DNA from: Lingula anatina
Lineage: Eukaryota; Animalia; Brachiopoda
Length of the DNA stretch: 64,000 nt
Reading direction: 5' to 3'
Assembly: GCA_051362555.1 (NCBI GenBank)
Contig: CM120641.1
Span: forward strand, 25,054,401 to 25,118,400
Part shown: one piece after another, positions 13,922-24,191 of the stretch
How positions within the stretch are numbered: the stretch's first letter is position 1
How the letters are laid out: every line of letters starts with the position of its first letter
The notes under the pieces: model-generated
Told to the model about the DNA's origin: nothing
What the model saw: only the letters and a program-made list of their open reading frames with translations
Database searches by the model: none
Made by a program: the position numbers and the translations under genes

Positions 13922-14031
13922 ATGATTGTCAGCATTGCTGTCTAAATTTTCACTACTAAGTTCTTGTTAATAAAGGGTAACATTTTCCTAGGCCTACCTT
14001 TACTTATTCACTTTTTTATTACATAAATTAG

Positions 14032-14212
14032 GTACAAGTTAATATAAAGGACATCAATGACAATTCTCCAGTATTCACTAGTCTAAGCATAAATGTGAAT
14101 GTGGATGTGAATGAGACTTACACTGGGCACATAGGCTCTGTCACAGCTGAAGATGCAGACACTGGACTCAATCAAGTTATAAGATACAATATCAGTGTAC
14201 AGTATCCTCCAG
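14032..14212 (+). CDS. Cadherin exon (VQVNIKDINDNSPVF...YPPG)
   Basis: Continues RSTAE|VQVNIKDINDNSP in frame; donor cag|gtatag, phase 1. Confidence 0.9.
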
Positions 14213-14502
14213 GTATAGTAGTTCAGACTATGATTTAATAGTAGGGTTGGTAGAGAAAAGGCAGGATTTCCTACTCCATACTTTTTAGCAGCAACATTCA
14301 GTCTTTGAGAATACTAAAGAAATAATATTCAAGTTTCACTATGAGTTTTATGTGTTGGACTGGGCTGAAATTGATTTTCCTTCAACAAAGTTTAATTGTT
14401 GTTATCATGGCATGTCATGCTATGGTTTCCATTAATTAAATTTCCAGTTATGTTGAAAGAGATAAGTTAGCTCCCACGTACATGTCTATAAATCTTTTAT
14501 AG

Positions 14503-14600
14503 GTCACTTCAGCATCAATTCAACCACTGGAGTGGTGGAAGTCATCAAACCATTTGACAGAGACGGTATGGATAATCCTAAGGTGATGTTCACTGTGTTG
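14503..14600 (+). CDS. Cadherin exon (HFSINSTTGVVEVIKPFDRD...)
   Basis: ttttatag acceptor, ttg|gtaagt donor, phase 1/0. Confidence 0.9.
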
Positions 14601-15012
14601 GTAAGTTTTCAAATTTAACAGTCAGATCTGGATGACAAATTATGCCAGTCAATCACATTAGATTTGAAAATGGGAGTGATACAGCAGAGAAACTGGGTTA
14701 AAAGAATAATATATGTTTTGATAACTGCAATGATAAAAAGTTACTCTGCTTGTGGTCATTCGTATTCATGCAAACTCTGAATCAAATAGGTTGACCCTGT
14801 TTTGTATCATATGTATACATTTATATGATTAGCCATTCCTGGTTTTGACATGAAAATTGCTGATATTTACAGAATTTTTTCTTCTTCCATTTCATTTGTT
14901 TGAATCAGTTCTATCTTAATTTTTTGTTTGATGTTTGTATTCATGTACACTTTGCTTGACTAGTCAGACATATGGATTAGACATTTTTTGTTTTGATATT
15001 TTACCCATTAAG

Positions 15013-15156
15013 GCCATTGATGGTGGGAACAGGAGCAGCAGCAAAAATGTATCTCTGGAAATCCAAGACATCAATGACATAGCTCCGGTGATCTTCTGTG
15101 TTAGTTGTAATGGATCTCACATTGAACTGAAAGAGAATACAACAGATGAAAGCATA
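15013..15156 (+). CDS. Cadherin exon (AIDGGNRSSSKNVSLEIQDINDIAP...)
   Basis: attaag acceptor, ata|gtaagt donor, phase 0/0. Confidence 0.88.
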
Positions 15157-15165
15157 GTAAGTATT

Positions 15166-15855
15166 GGGGGGGGGGGGGGGGGGGGGGGGGCATTTTAAAG
15201 AATAAAAAAAGGTCTGTTCTGGATGAAACCAAACATCAACAGTAGGTTGGATATGTCGTAAAACACAAACACTTAGATCATAAATAGCATTTGCTAGTGG
15301 TAAAAAGTTTGGAAAGAAAAAGTAATTTATTTTCAAATTCGATTGAAATATACGTGCAGATGGGGAAACATTCTTGAAGTCAGTACCGCAAGATCCTACA
15401 TTTACTACCGTCATTCAATCAAAAGATCTGCAGGATCGACTGCCCAGACTTCTTGCCGCCAAATACCATGTTCTGTCAAAATCTGACAAACACATGTGAG
15501 CTATTCACCAACATGGAAAACTGATTTGTCGACAATAAAAGTGATGCCTTCCTTATCTCCTGGAAGCAACTTAAAAGGCGGTGAAAAGTGGAGCTTCACA
15601 GAGAGTCCCACTGGGTATTTAGGTTACCCTTGAGTCACTTTTTATTTCTCCCAGATGCATGAAGCGTCGATATTATTTAGCGTAATCCATGAAGAACTCT
15701 ATTCCTGAACTGGGACTGTCTTCATTAACATGTGGTATGTGCTAGGTATGCTGGAGCAGACCAGATCAGACCAGTTTCTCATTTCTGCATTTGCTTATTT
15801 CTTACATCAAATTATAAATGCATCTGTTTTAATTTTGAAAAGTATGGCAATTACA
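15166..15855. repeat. Interspersed repeat (G-run plus ~650 bp), second copy at ~40589-41955
   Basis: aaaaaaaggtct(g/a)ttctggatgaaaccaaa...ctggagcagaccagat is collinear with 40607-40900 plus 41623-41955. Confidence 0.8.
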
Positions 15856-16215
15856 TATATAGATCTTAACAGTAAGGAGAAGTTGGAATTATTGTACAAA
15901 ATAATATTTGGAAACAACTTTTATATTGAAAAATGTAACTGAAAAAATGTGTAGAGATATTTGAATAATTAAAATTATCCTGTAAAATTGAGTTCTTTCA
16001 AAGAATGATACTTCAGCTGCAGAAAGAGCTCAGCTAGTGTTTCATGTTAAAAATGAATGTCTTAGTATAATATCAATTCATGAAAATAACTTTTTAGAAA
16101 TAAGATAATTGTATTCTTTTTGGTTTTATTATATTTCAATAAAACAATTTGAATTGCATTATTAATATTATTATTATTGTTGTTGCTATTATTGATGTTG
16201 TTATTGTTGTTGTAG

Positions 16216-16312
16216 CTTCTGGTTGTTGACAGTTTTGACAATGACACTACACAAGGGGAAGTGACATATTTCCTGGATACAGTCGCTGTAGGAAGGGGTT
16301 TTGTTATTGATG
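16216..16312 (+). CDS. Cadherin exon (LLVVDSFDNDTTQGEVTY...)
   Basis: ttgtag acceptor, atg|gtaaat donor, phase 0/1. Confidence 0.82.
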
Positions 16313-16714
16313 GTAAATATTGTAACAGTTGTTTCTGATTTGCTATCTGGTATACTGGCACACTTAAAAAGATGATGCAAGACTCTTTTTTTAACCATGA
16401 ACAAAATTGATACCTAGACCTACTTTCCATTGTTTGGGGCTCAAAGTTCCAGCAGTAGGTGGTTGTACAGTACATGTATTTAAGAGAGAGGCTGGGGGTG
16501 TTCCACCCTTGAAAAAAGCACCTGTCTGGTACTGTATGTACATACCCCCCCTCCACACACACACACACACACACACGATATATATGTACATTGTGTTAAT
16601 ATACCGGTAGTTTGGGAAGTGTAACGGATTAAATGAAAAATTGCTAAAACACTTGAATAATTAGAATTTTAATAAACAAGGGAATTGATGTTCCTTTTGT
16701 ATTTACAACTTCAG

Positions 16715-16996
16715 GTGTAACAGGGGAGCTGACTATGACCAACAACACATTAGATTATGAAAATGACTTGGAACACTTTTTTAACGTCACAGTTTATGCA
16801 AGTGATGGTGTAAATGTGGCTCAGATGGAGTTTGCTTTGACACTGGTGGACATCAATGATAATGCTCCCATCTTTAACCAGACACACTATGGGTTTACAA
16901 TGCCAGCAGCAGCAAAAGCAGGATACAGAATTGACAGTGTATATGCTGAAGACATGGACAGCCAGTCTTACGTCACATACAGTATATCAGATACAG
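16715..16996 (+). CDS. Cadherin exon (GVTGELTMTNNTLDYE...DINDNAP...)
   Basis: cttcag acceptor, cag|gtaagt donor, phase 1/1. Confidence 0.9.
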
Positions 16997-17365
16997 GTAA
17001 GTTGAACTTCAGATACAGTATATCGATCAGATACAGCCAAGTTTCAATCCATGTACAGTATATCAGAAACAGGTAAGTTGCAATACAGATACAGTATATC
17101 TAAGTCAGGCAAGTCTCAATTCACAAATATCAGAAGCCAAAAAATTTTGCTAAGGGAAACCAGACAGCGTACTGTATATATGATCATGGCAATTTGGACT
17201 CATTTTACATGGAGTGTTTTAGAAACAGGCAAGTCTCATCTCACATACAAATACCACAGTGTATTACAATCCCTTATTTACTTCCATTGTATCATACAGA
17301 GCATCAGATACATGCAAGTCTTACCTACATACCAGTACTGTCTGTATATTAGATACAGGCAAGTT
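16977..17365 (+). repeat. Degenerate tandem copies of the exon-end/5' splice-site motif (tacagtatatcaga[t/a]acagg[t/c]aagt)
   Basis: Motif recurs about every 40 bp downstream of the donor; a perfect AG|GTAAGT copy at 17072. Confidence 0.7.
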
Positions 17366-17490
17366 CTACCTCACATACTGGGTTTGTTATTAATTCAGTT
17401 AAAGTATAAACTAAAACTCTTTACACAACATACTGGTATTATTTGATACCAAAGTGAATGTTGTAATAAATTGATATATTACATTTCTAG

Positions 17491-17609
17491 TCTCCTTTGC
17501 CATCGATTCTTTGACTGGTCTCATAACCAGGGCAGGGTCAGCTTGCATCTATGGTAATGTGACTTTCACTGTCTCTGCAATGGATGGAAAATATACTTCT
17601 GCAGCTGAA
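17491..17609 (+). CDS. Cadherin exon (SFAIDSLTGLITR...TSAAE)
   Basis: tttctag acceptor, gaa|gtgagt donor, phase 1/0. Confidence 0.88.
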
Positions 17610-17991
17610 GTGAGTGTATTTTTATTATTTTTTTGTTTGAATATTTTTATGTTGTTGGAAACTAATGCCATATATGCATGTATAAGTGTGTGATTACTTT
17701 TTTATTTAAAGTTTAAAAGATATATGTAAGCTTCCTAAAAAAAAAAGCATTCAGGTTAATAGTAGTGTCAGGTTATAGGTCTACTTTTTTATAAAATGTA
17801 TGATAGTTACAGGAGATGGAATTTGGTAAAATATAATTTCATGGAATCAATCCATACATTTAGCATTTCATAAACATGGTTATTGTAATAATAATTTAGC
17901 ATTTTATGAGTGTTTATATATGCATGCAGTTAAGTGTTGCATATTTCATTTTGATCTTGAAATATTTTCCCATCATGTTGGTAATTTCCAG

Positions 17992-18211
17992 GTTGTAATC
18001 AGAGTGACCTCAGAAAATGCATATCCTCCAGTGTTTAACCAGTCAGTTTACAGATTCACACTGGACAGAATACAGTTGTACAACCATCCTGAGCAGGGGC
18101 ACATAAATTCCAATATGACTGTCATGGCAACAGATGATGATGATCAGGGCATGTGCAGCAGTTCTGTGTCCAATGGAAATGGAGAAATTAACTACGCTAT
18201 TTCAGTTCAAG
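17992..18211 (+). CDS. Cadherin exon (VVIRVTSENAYPPVFNQ...ATDDD...ISVQ)
   Basis: tttccag acceptor, aag|gtggtt donor, phase 0/1. Confidence 0.82.
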
Positions 18212-19099
18212 GTGGTTATTAGATTCAAATGTCTTATTCAGTACTGAAATTTATTTGAATTGTTACTAAAACTAATTAATACACTTTAAAACCAGAACCA
18301 CTATCGGGCTTGAAAAATTATTAAAACTACATAAAAGTTTACATAAATTACATAACTACAATAAACGTTAACTACTTCAACAAAGTACATCAACCCGTAT
18401 GTTAATGAATTGCAACACTTAGATACAGGTAGCAATATAACTAATTGCAGCTGTTCAAAATTCCCATTTACTAAGCGCAAATGTTTAGAAACTAAATGAA
18501 GATCATGTACGCAAAATGTGTAATGCAAATGTAAGAAGCCCCTTCTGCCCATATGAGGGACAGGAGGGTGGGAAAATCTTCGACGCTTATGCTTAAGCCG
18601 ATTTTAATTGAAGCAAAATGGGCTCGAGCGCCCTAACACGCTGTCCAGCTTTAACGGCTGCCAGGCTCTAACTGCCAATTATTTTGAATTCACCACGTGA
18701 GCTGGCTGACCAATCGGGGGCCTGCGCCTTAAGCGTCCCTCTAGTGGTGGTTTTAAATACCATTCCCAAAGGGAAAGGGTACTTAAAACCAGAACCACTA
18801 TCGGGCTTGAAAAATTATTAAAACTACATAAAAGTTTACATAAATTACATAACTACAATAAACGTTAACTACTTCAACAAAGTACATCAACCCGTATGTT
18901 AATGAATTGCAACACTTAGATACAGGTAGCAATATAACTAATTGCAGCTGTTCAAAATTCCCAACCCAGAGTATAAGTAGGTGAGTGAAAATGAAATAGA
19001 CGTCATTGCACTTAGAAACTGTCATATTGCTAGACATGTGACAGTGGGGCAGTCACAGGTTGTCCAATAATTTAAAATTTCCATAATTTAACAACAGGT

Positions 19100-20067
19100 T
19101 CAAACTGTCTTCAGCGCTCTCAGCATTACATCGTATTTCATATCCGCCGAAGGTTTGATGTATTGGAATACCGCGTCGCTAGACCAGTCTCCCATGGCCT
19201 TCACCATCGCTAAAGGAGTACCGATGGATAGAAGCCACGTAGCTCCTCCCCTGCGGAGACTGTGAGTATTGTACATCGCGGTGGAAAGTCCGATCCCTCG
19301 AAGTGACCGTGCAAGTTTTTGGCGAAAGCCTGCCGATGTGAGGAGAGTGGTCCCTCCGTTCTTAGAAGTGGCAAGGAGCGGCGCAGATTCCGGGACGTCC
19401 ATTGACATCTTCAGAAAATTCGTCAGCGCTGTTGTGGGGCACAAAGGGCTGCCGTGACGGAAGGGGAGTGTAACGATATGGGCTCTCTGGCCGTACTGGT
19501 TGTTTTTGGATTTGGTTACTCTTAGGGTGCATCCTCGTTTTGTAAATGTCAAGTCGCGACGGCATACAGATAGGCCGCTATCTGTCTGAGACCTGGCCGT
19601 AATATTGCTAACTCTGAGCATCCCAAAGAAAGCGATCAGACAAGCTGCCCACGTCTGCGCTTGTTCTAAATCATTCAGGTTGAGGAATGATCGTAGGCTT
19701 AAAAGCTGTGGTGGTAGGATGGGTGCTTTCTGAGAGCCCGGATCTCCTTTGTGTCTCTTTATACCACCTAGAGTCGTCTTCAGCTCCCAGGAACACAGAG
19801 GGTTAGGAAGTCCGAAATCCGTGTGGATGATCCGGACGATGTTTAGGTACTGCCGAAGAGATGAGAATGCGCACGATCGTGCCCGGTAAGCAGCGTATCT
19901 GCAGATGTTGGCGGGGGATATAGGAATCGGTTTACAGTTGATTTCCTCACAGAACTTGATATAAGCGCGTAGGTGTGATCTATAAGTTGATTTAGTAGAG
20001 GCCGAGAAAAGTTGAGCTCTCCAGAAGTTCACCTCCTCATCTAGTTGTTGTCTCAGTATATCAGAGC
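19100..20067 (-). CDS. Tyrosine recombinase (YR) of the retrotransposon; no ATG start, probably a spliced 3' exon
   Basis: Catalytic motifs FFGMLRVSN, KSKNNQ, HSLRRGGAT, GDWSSDAVFQY. Frame is open from ~20098 with no upstream Met; CAG acceptor at 20068. Confidence 0.92.
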
Positions 20068-21689
20068 CTGGGATAAAGAAAGGAAAAAGAGGAATTAGTC
20101 ATATGGTCCTGCAGAAAATACACTGGCGGCTGTCTGTGTAAGCTTAAATACCAGTGATGGACTAATTCGAGAAAACGAGAGCAATGTTCTGGCTCATGCA
20201 TTCGTGACACGGAATCGGCAATTTTATTTTCTTCCCCGGCTATATGGATCGCATAAATTGAAAAGTCATATTTCAGCGATAGAAGGGATAATTCCTTAAG
20301 GAGGTTGTTGCAGGCGGTGTTGGGCGAAGCCCCTTTGTTTAAAATGTTCATGGCCACTTCACTGTCCGTGTAAACAATGACTCGTTGTGCCTTCCATAGC
20401 GGGGACCACCTGTACGCCGCCAGGACGATGGATGCTAATTCCTTGACATTAATGTGTTCATCCCCTAACTGGTGAGGAGCGTCCTGTATCCAGTTAGTGT
20501 AAAACCAATCTCCGCAGTAGAACGCTCCACCTGCTGTGATGCTGGAGTCGGTATACACCTGTTGAATCGGTCGCTCGTCCCATATTAGTTTTGTATTGTT
20601 TCCCGTGATAAGCCACCTGCTCCACCAAATGAGGTCCTTACGTAATGGATTTAGCTTGCACTTATGACTGGCTCTTTTCAGCAAAGCTATGGAGTTAAAT
20701 ATACTTCGCACGTGTGTTTTACCCCATGGGATGACGTTCGAAGCCCAGACTAACTTCCCGGCCAGGGATTCAAGCTGACGTCTGCTGGCGCGCACGCGGC
20801 TTTGAAATGTTTGGATTAAGCAGAGTAAGTCGCGAACTTTTTGTTCCTCTAGAGAGAGTACACCTTCAACAGTATCTATGACGATGCCTAGAAACGTTAG
20901 GCGAGTCGTTGGGTCACAGACTTTTTTCCAGTTGATGCGAAAACCCAGGAGTCTCAAAAGACTGATTAATGTGCTATAAGCTAACTTGCATCGTTCAAAT
21001 GTCTCGCCTATAACCAAAAAGTCATCTAAATAAACTACGACGTGGAAGCCTCGTCTCTCCATCATCCGCTTTACCGCTTGTGTTAGCCGGTGGAAAATTT
21101 CGGGGCTTTTGCGGGCCCCGAATGGGAGTCTCGTGTCCACTAAAGTCGTTGGCTTAGTTGATCCAGCAAAGTTCCATTTCAGCCCAGTAAGGGTAAACTG
21201 GGAAGGGTGTAACGCGACAGTTCTATAAGCTGAGTGGAGGTCAACTTTGCTTAGGAAATATCCTGGTTTAATCTTATCCAGGGCCGACCGAATTTTCTCG
21301 TATCTAAATGTTTGTTTTGTTGCGTAATCGTTTACTGCTGCCCCTTCAGGTCTGCTGTAATCATGAATAAGACGGACGCCGCCGTCTGTTTTTGGCACTG
21401 CGGAAATTGCACTAATTATCGTAGGCTGGAGTTCTGGTTCAATATAGTGTCCCTCCTCTATTTCTGTCTTCATTTGAATCTCAACTTTATGCTTGAAAGC
21501 TTCGCAAGTGGCGGATCTACTGTTTTCTACTTCAGTTCTATTGATGCAATCCAGATCTAAATCGTCGACTATTCGGAAGCCCTCCCGAATACCGTTAATT
21601 ATGAAATCATAGTCTGTATCTCCTTGTAGTTCCTTTTCCCATTTTTCAATGTTTTGGTGCAGCGGAGATTTTGCCGCGACGTGCGTTTG
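20061..21689 (-). CDS. Reverse transcriptase/RNase H (pol), in frame with gag behind a single TGA
   Basis: RLIHDYS, KVDLHSAY, LPFGARKSP, YLDDF, YTDSS, HINVKEL, YTDS, IADSVSR. The frame stays open for 72 codons upstream of the ATG at 21473, up to the gag stop. Confidence 0.93.
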   Translation of the reverse strand, partial: QTHVAAKSPLHQNIEKWEKELQGDTDYDFIINGIREGFRIVDDLDLDCINRTEVENSRSATCEAFKHKVEIQMKTEIEEGHYIEPELQPTIISAISAVPKTDGGVRLIHDYSRPEGAAVNDYATKQTFRYEKIRSALDKIKPGYFLSKVDLHSAYRTVALHPSQFTLTGLKWNFAGSTKPTTLVDTRLPFGARKSPEIFHRLTQAVKRMMERRGFHVVVYLDDFLVIGETFERCKLAYSTLISLLRLLGFRINWKKVCDPTTRLTFLGIVIDTVEGVLSLEEQKVRDLLCLIQTFQSRVRASRRQLESLAGKLVWASNVIPWGKTHVRSIFNSIALLKRASHKCKLNPLRKDLIWWSRWLITGNNTKLIWDERPIQQVYTDSSITAGGAFYCGDWFYTNWIQDAPHQLGDEHINVKELASIVLAAYRWSPLWKAQRVIVYTDSEVAMNILNKGASPNTACNNLLKELSLLSLKYDFSIYAIHIAGEENKIADSVSRMHEPEHCSRFLELVHHWYLSLHRQPPVYFLQDHMTNSSFSFLYPRL

Positions 21690-22799
21690 TCAATGTGAAG
21701 GATTTCTCGCTGTGGCACTGGTCCCTTGCTGCTTGTGCGTGTATTCTCCATGAGTAGTACTGGAACAGGCTACACACACGTGAGCATAACGGCAGTTCGG
21801 GAAGGAGCAGCCCTGGCGACCGTTAAATTTCATACAAATTGGTCGGCCCGTCGCTGTGTCCAATTTTGTTTGCTTCCCTCTGGTTGTTGGCTGGGTTGGA
21901 TTCGGTTTTAACAACACCTGCATGAGAAAGGGGCTGTCGGTTCCCCATGGAAATCCCATCTCGCTCTGAGATTTCCTATACTCTGCGTCGTAGCGTAAGA
22001 CTGATTGCCAATTAAAAGATTGCCCCATGCAGGCCACTTTTGTCACGTAGCTGGTGTAATCCATGACTGTTTGAATGTCCGCGCCGTCGTCGGCCACCAT
22101 TTCCCTTAGTATTTTCATCGACGCTTCTGTGTATTGAAGTGGAGTGATGCGCTCCAGAGGGAGTTTTCTGTCGGTGAGGGAAAGCTGTAAATCGCCAATG
22201 CGGACTGGTGTATCAGGTTTTGCTTCAAATTTGTCTGAGAACATTACATAGCTGCGTATGTCGCGATGCTTGTTAAGTTTTCTTTGTCTATCTGGAGGTG
22301 AAAAAGGATCGAAAATCCCCTTACCGTCATGATCTCTGTGTTGACCTCTGTTTGGTTGATTCCCATTCCCGTTCCCAATGTCTAGTAGTTGGCATAACCT
22401 GGTATAATCGAGGTCCCCGGTGTTTCCTGCTTCCGTTTGCGCGCTGGGAGCCGCCATATTAGGGGACCCGGATGTCCCTGGCAAGATGGCTGGGGCCTCG
22501 TCTTGGGTTTTCTTGTCACCAGTTTCGGGAGTAAAGGTTGCAGCAGATACACTGTTAGACGTACCTGGACTCTGATTGTTCTGTGGCTGAGCACCATGTT
22601 CTTGCTGTAGGACAAGCACAGCGTCTTGGAGAAGGAGAATCTGAGCCAGCGGTAGCGATTTGCCGAAATGTCTTTGTATGAGTGGCTCTGTGAGTTTCTT
22701 GCAACTCCTGAGTGAGAAGAATCCTGCATCCTTTAAGATTTCTACCGTATCTTCCGAGAGCTCGTTAGCCTCCACCCAAGATTGGAATTCTTCAGCCAT
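21690..22799 (-). CDS. Gag-like ORF1 with N-terminal SAM-like helical domain and C-terminal CCCH-type zinc finger
   Basis: 369-aa ORF starting 22 nt after repeat A1; WQSVLRYDAEYR motif; ICMKFNGRQGCSFPNCRYAHVCVAC..H. Confidence 0.88.
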   Translation of the reverse strand: MAEEFQSWVEANELSEDTVEILKDAGFFSLRSCKKLTEPLIQRHFGKSLPLAQILLLQDAVLVLQQEHGAQPQNNQSPGTSNSVSAATFTPETGDKKTQDEAPAILPGTSGSPNMAAPSAQTEAGNTGDLDYTRLCQLLDIGNGNGNQPNRGQHRDHDGKGIFDPFSPPDRQRKLNKHRDIRSYVMFSDKFEAKPDTPVRIGDLQLSLTDRKLPLERITPLQYTEASMKILREMVADDGADIQTVMDYTSYVTKVACMGQSFNWQSVLRYDAEYRKSQSEMGFPWGTDSPFLMQVLLKPNPTQPTTRGKQTKLDTATGRPICMKFNGRQGCSFPNCRYAHVCVACSSTTHGEYTHKQQGTSATARNPSH

Positions 22800-22919
22800 T
22801 GTCAGGGAGACAAAAAAACAAAAATCTTCGACGCTTATGCTTAAGCCGATTTTAATTGAAGCAAAATGGGCTCGAGCGCCCTAACACGCTGTCCAGCTTT
22901 AACGGCTGCCAGGCTCTAA

Positions 22920-23034
22920 CTGCCAATTATTTTGAATTCACCACGTGAGCTGGCTGACCAATCGGGGGCCTGCGCCTTAAGCGTCCCTCTAGTGGTGGTT
23001 TTAAATACCATTCCCAAAGGGAAAGGGTACTTAA
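22920..23034 (-). promoter_or_regulatory. Candidate cis-elements in repeat A (also in A2)
   Basis: tatttaaa, CTCF-like ccactagagggac, CCAAT box (gaccaatcg), E-box cacgtg; motif matches only. Confidence 0.3.
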
Positions 23035-23190
23035 TATAGTAGTGTTGTGAAAAGAATTGACAACAATTTTTGATTAATGAGTATATACTTATATTTAATG
23101 TAGGAACTATCCATTAATAAATGAATAGATTGCTGTTACAGTATGCATTTTGTTTAAATAACAATAATCATGTATTTTCTTTCATTTCAG

Positions 23191-23405
23191 GTATTTTTTA
23201 TTTGAAGGAAGCTGGGTCTATTTTTATTTTTGATAAGGAAAACTTACTGAAGTATGACAAGCCCACACTATCACTGACAGTTCAGGCCACTGACAAAGCT
23301 GTAAAAAACAAGAAGACAGGGACCACCACTGTAGTCATAAACATAAGCAACCAAAAGCCTGTCTTCAATGACAGTCAGAAAATGGTGAATTTATCAGCAA
23401 ATGCA
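23191..23405 (+). CDS. Cadherin exon (GIFYLKEAG...VQATDKA...SANA)
   Basis: catttcag acceptor, gca|gtaagt donor, phase 1/0. Confidence 0.88.
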
Positions 23406-24191
23406 GTAAGTAACTGACCTCAATTTTGTACACTGTTCTATGTGACATGTACTCATGTAAACTGGTGCAAGCACTCATGCATGTGTAGATAAACATATTT
23501 TGTGCACATGCATGTATAGATAAACAAATTTTATGTACAGATGCATATACACAGGTGCAGTCTTGAGAAAACAAAAGATATGAATATTTTATAACCTGCA
23601 CAATTTTAACATGTATAAATGTATTTGGCAGTATACTGACTATAGCATGGATTTATTTGTGGAATTAAATTTAATTTTACTATTACTTCTTTGTCATAAT
23701 TTCTGATTTAATAACTGTAAAGGATGTAATTGTGTTAACATTTATTAGTACTACCAGCATCTACGCTGGCAGTACTCATGGTTTTAGTCCCGACCCGTCT
23801 CGTTGGTTCCGCCGGCTCCGCCAGCTCCGTAAGCTCAGCTGGCTCCGTTGGCTCCGCAGGGTGTCATGGGCAACAAGTCACCGTTACTGCTTTTCCTCCT
23901 AGACTGCATGGGCCTGTGTGCCCATCTCTTGGATTTAGGTCACATGTAATCTCAACTTGAACCCCTGGATATTTTTGTCTCAGTCAGTGCATTGCCCTTG
24001 GCATGACACTCGTTGAAACGCACCCTTGTCAAAATTTTTGGAAATTCAATGTGAAATATCTCCCAAACCGAAGGAATTATGGGAAAAATTACTGTAGAAG
24101 TCTGACCGTAAGTCATATATGGAGATTCCAAATATGCCCTGAGATTTGACTTTCGACCTTTATTTCAAGGTCGAACGGGCCAAAATTTTCT

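Larger units (their letters stand above)
18286..23034 (-). mobile_element. Ngaro-like tyrosine-recombinase (DIRS order) retrotransposon, apparently intact
   Basis: Split direct repeats A1 22821-23034 = A2 18573-18786 (214 bp) and B1 18783-18963 = B2 18286-18466 (181 bp), order A1-ORFs-B1-A2-B2. ORFs gag, RT/RNaseH, YR; no methyltransferase or hydrolase ORF seen. TTAA at both ends and at the B1/A2 junction. Confidence 0.95.

Noticed and set aside
18286-18963. Conventional LTRs of a Gypsy/Copia element
   Set aside because: Repeats are split (A1...B1-A2-B2), and there is a YR rather than a DDE integrase or protease.
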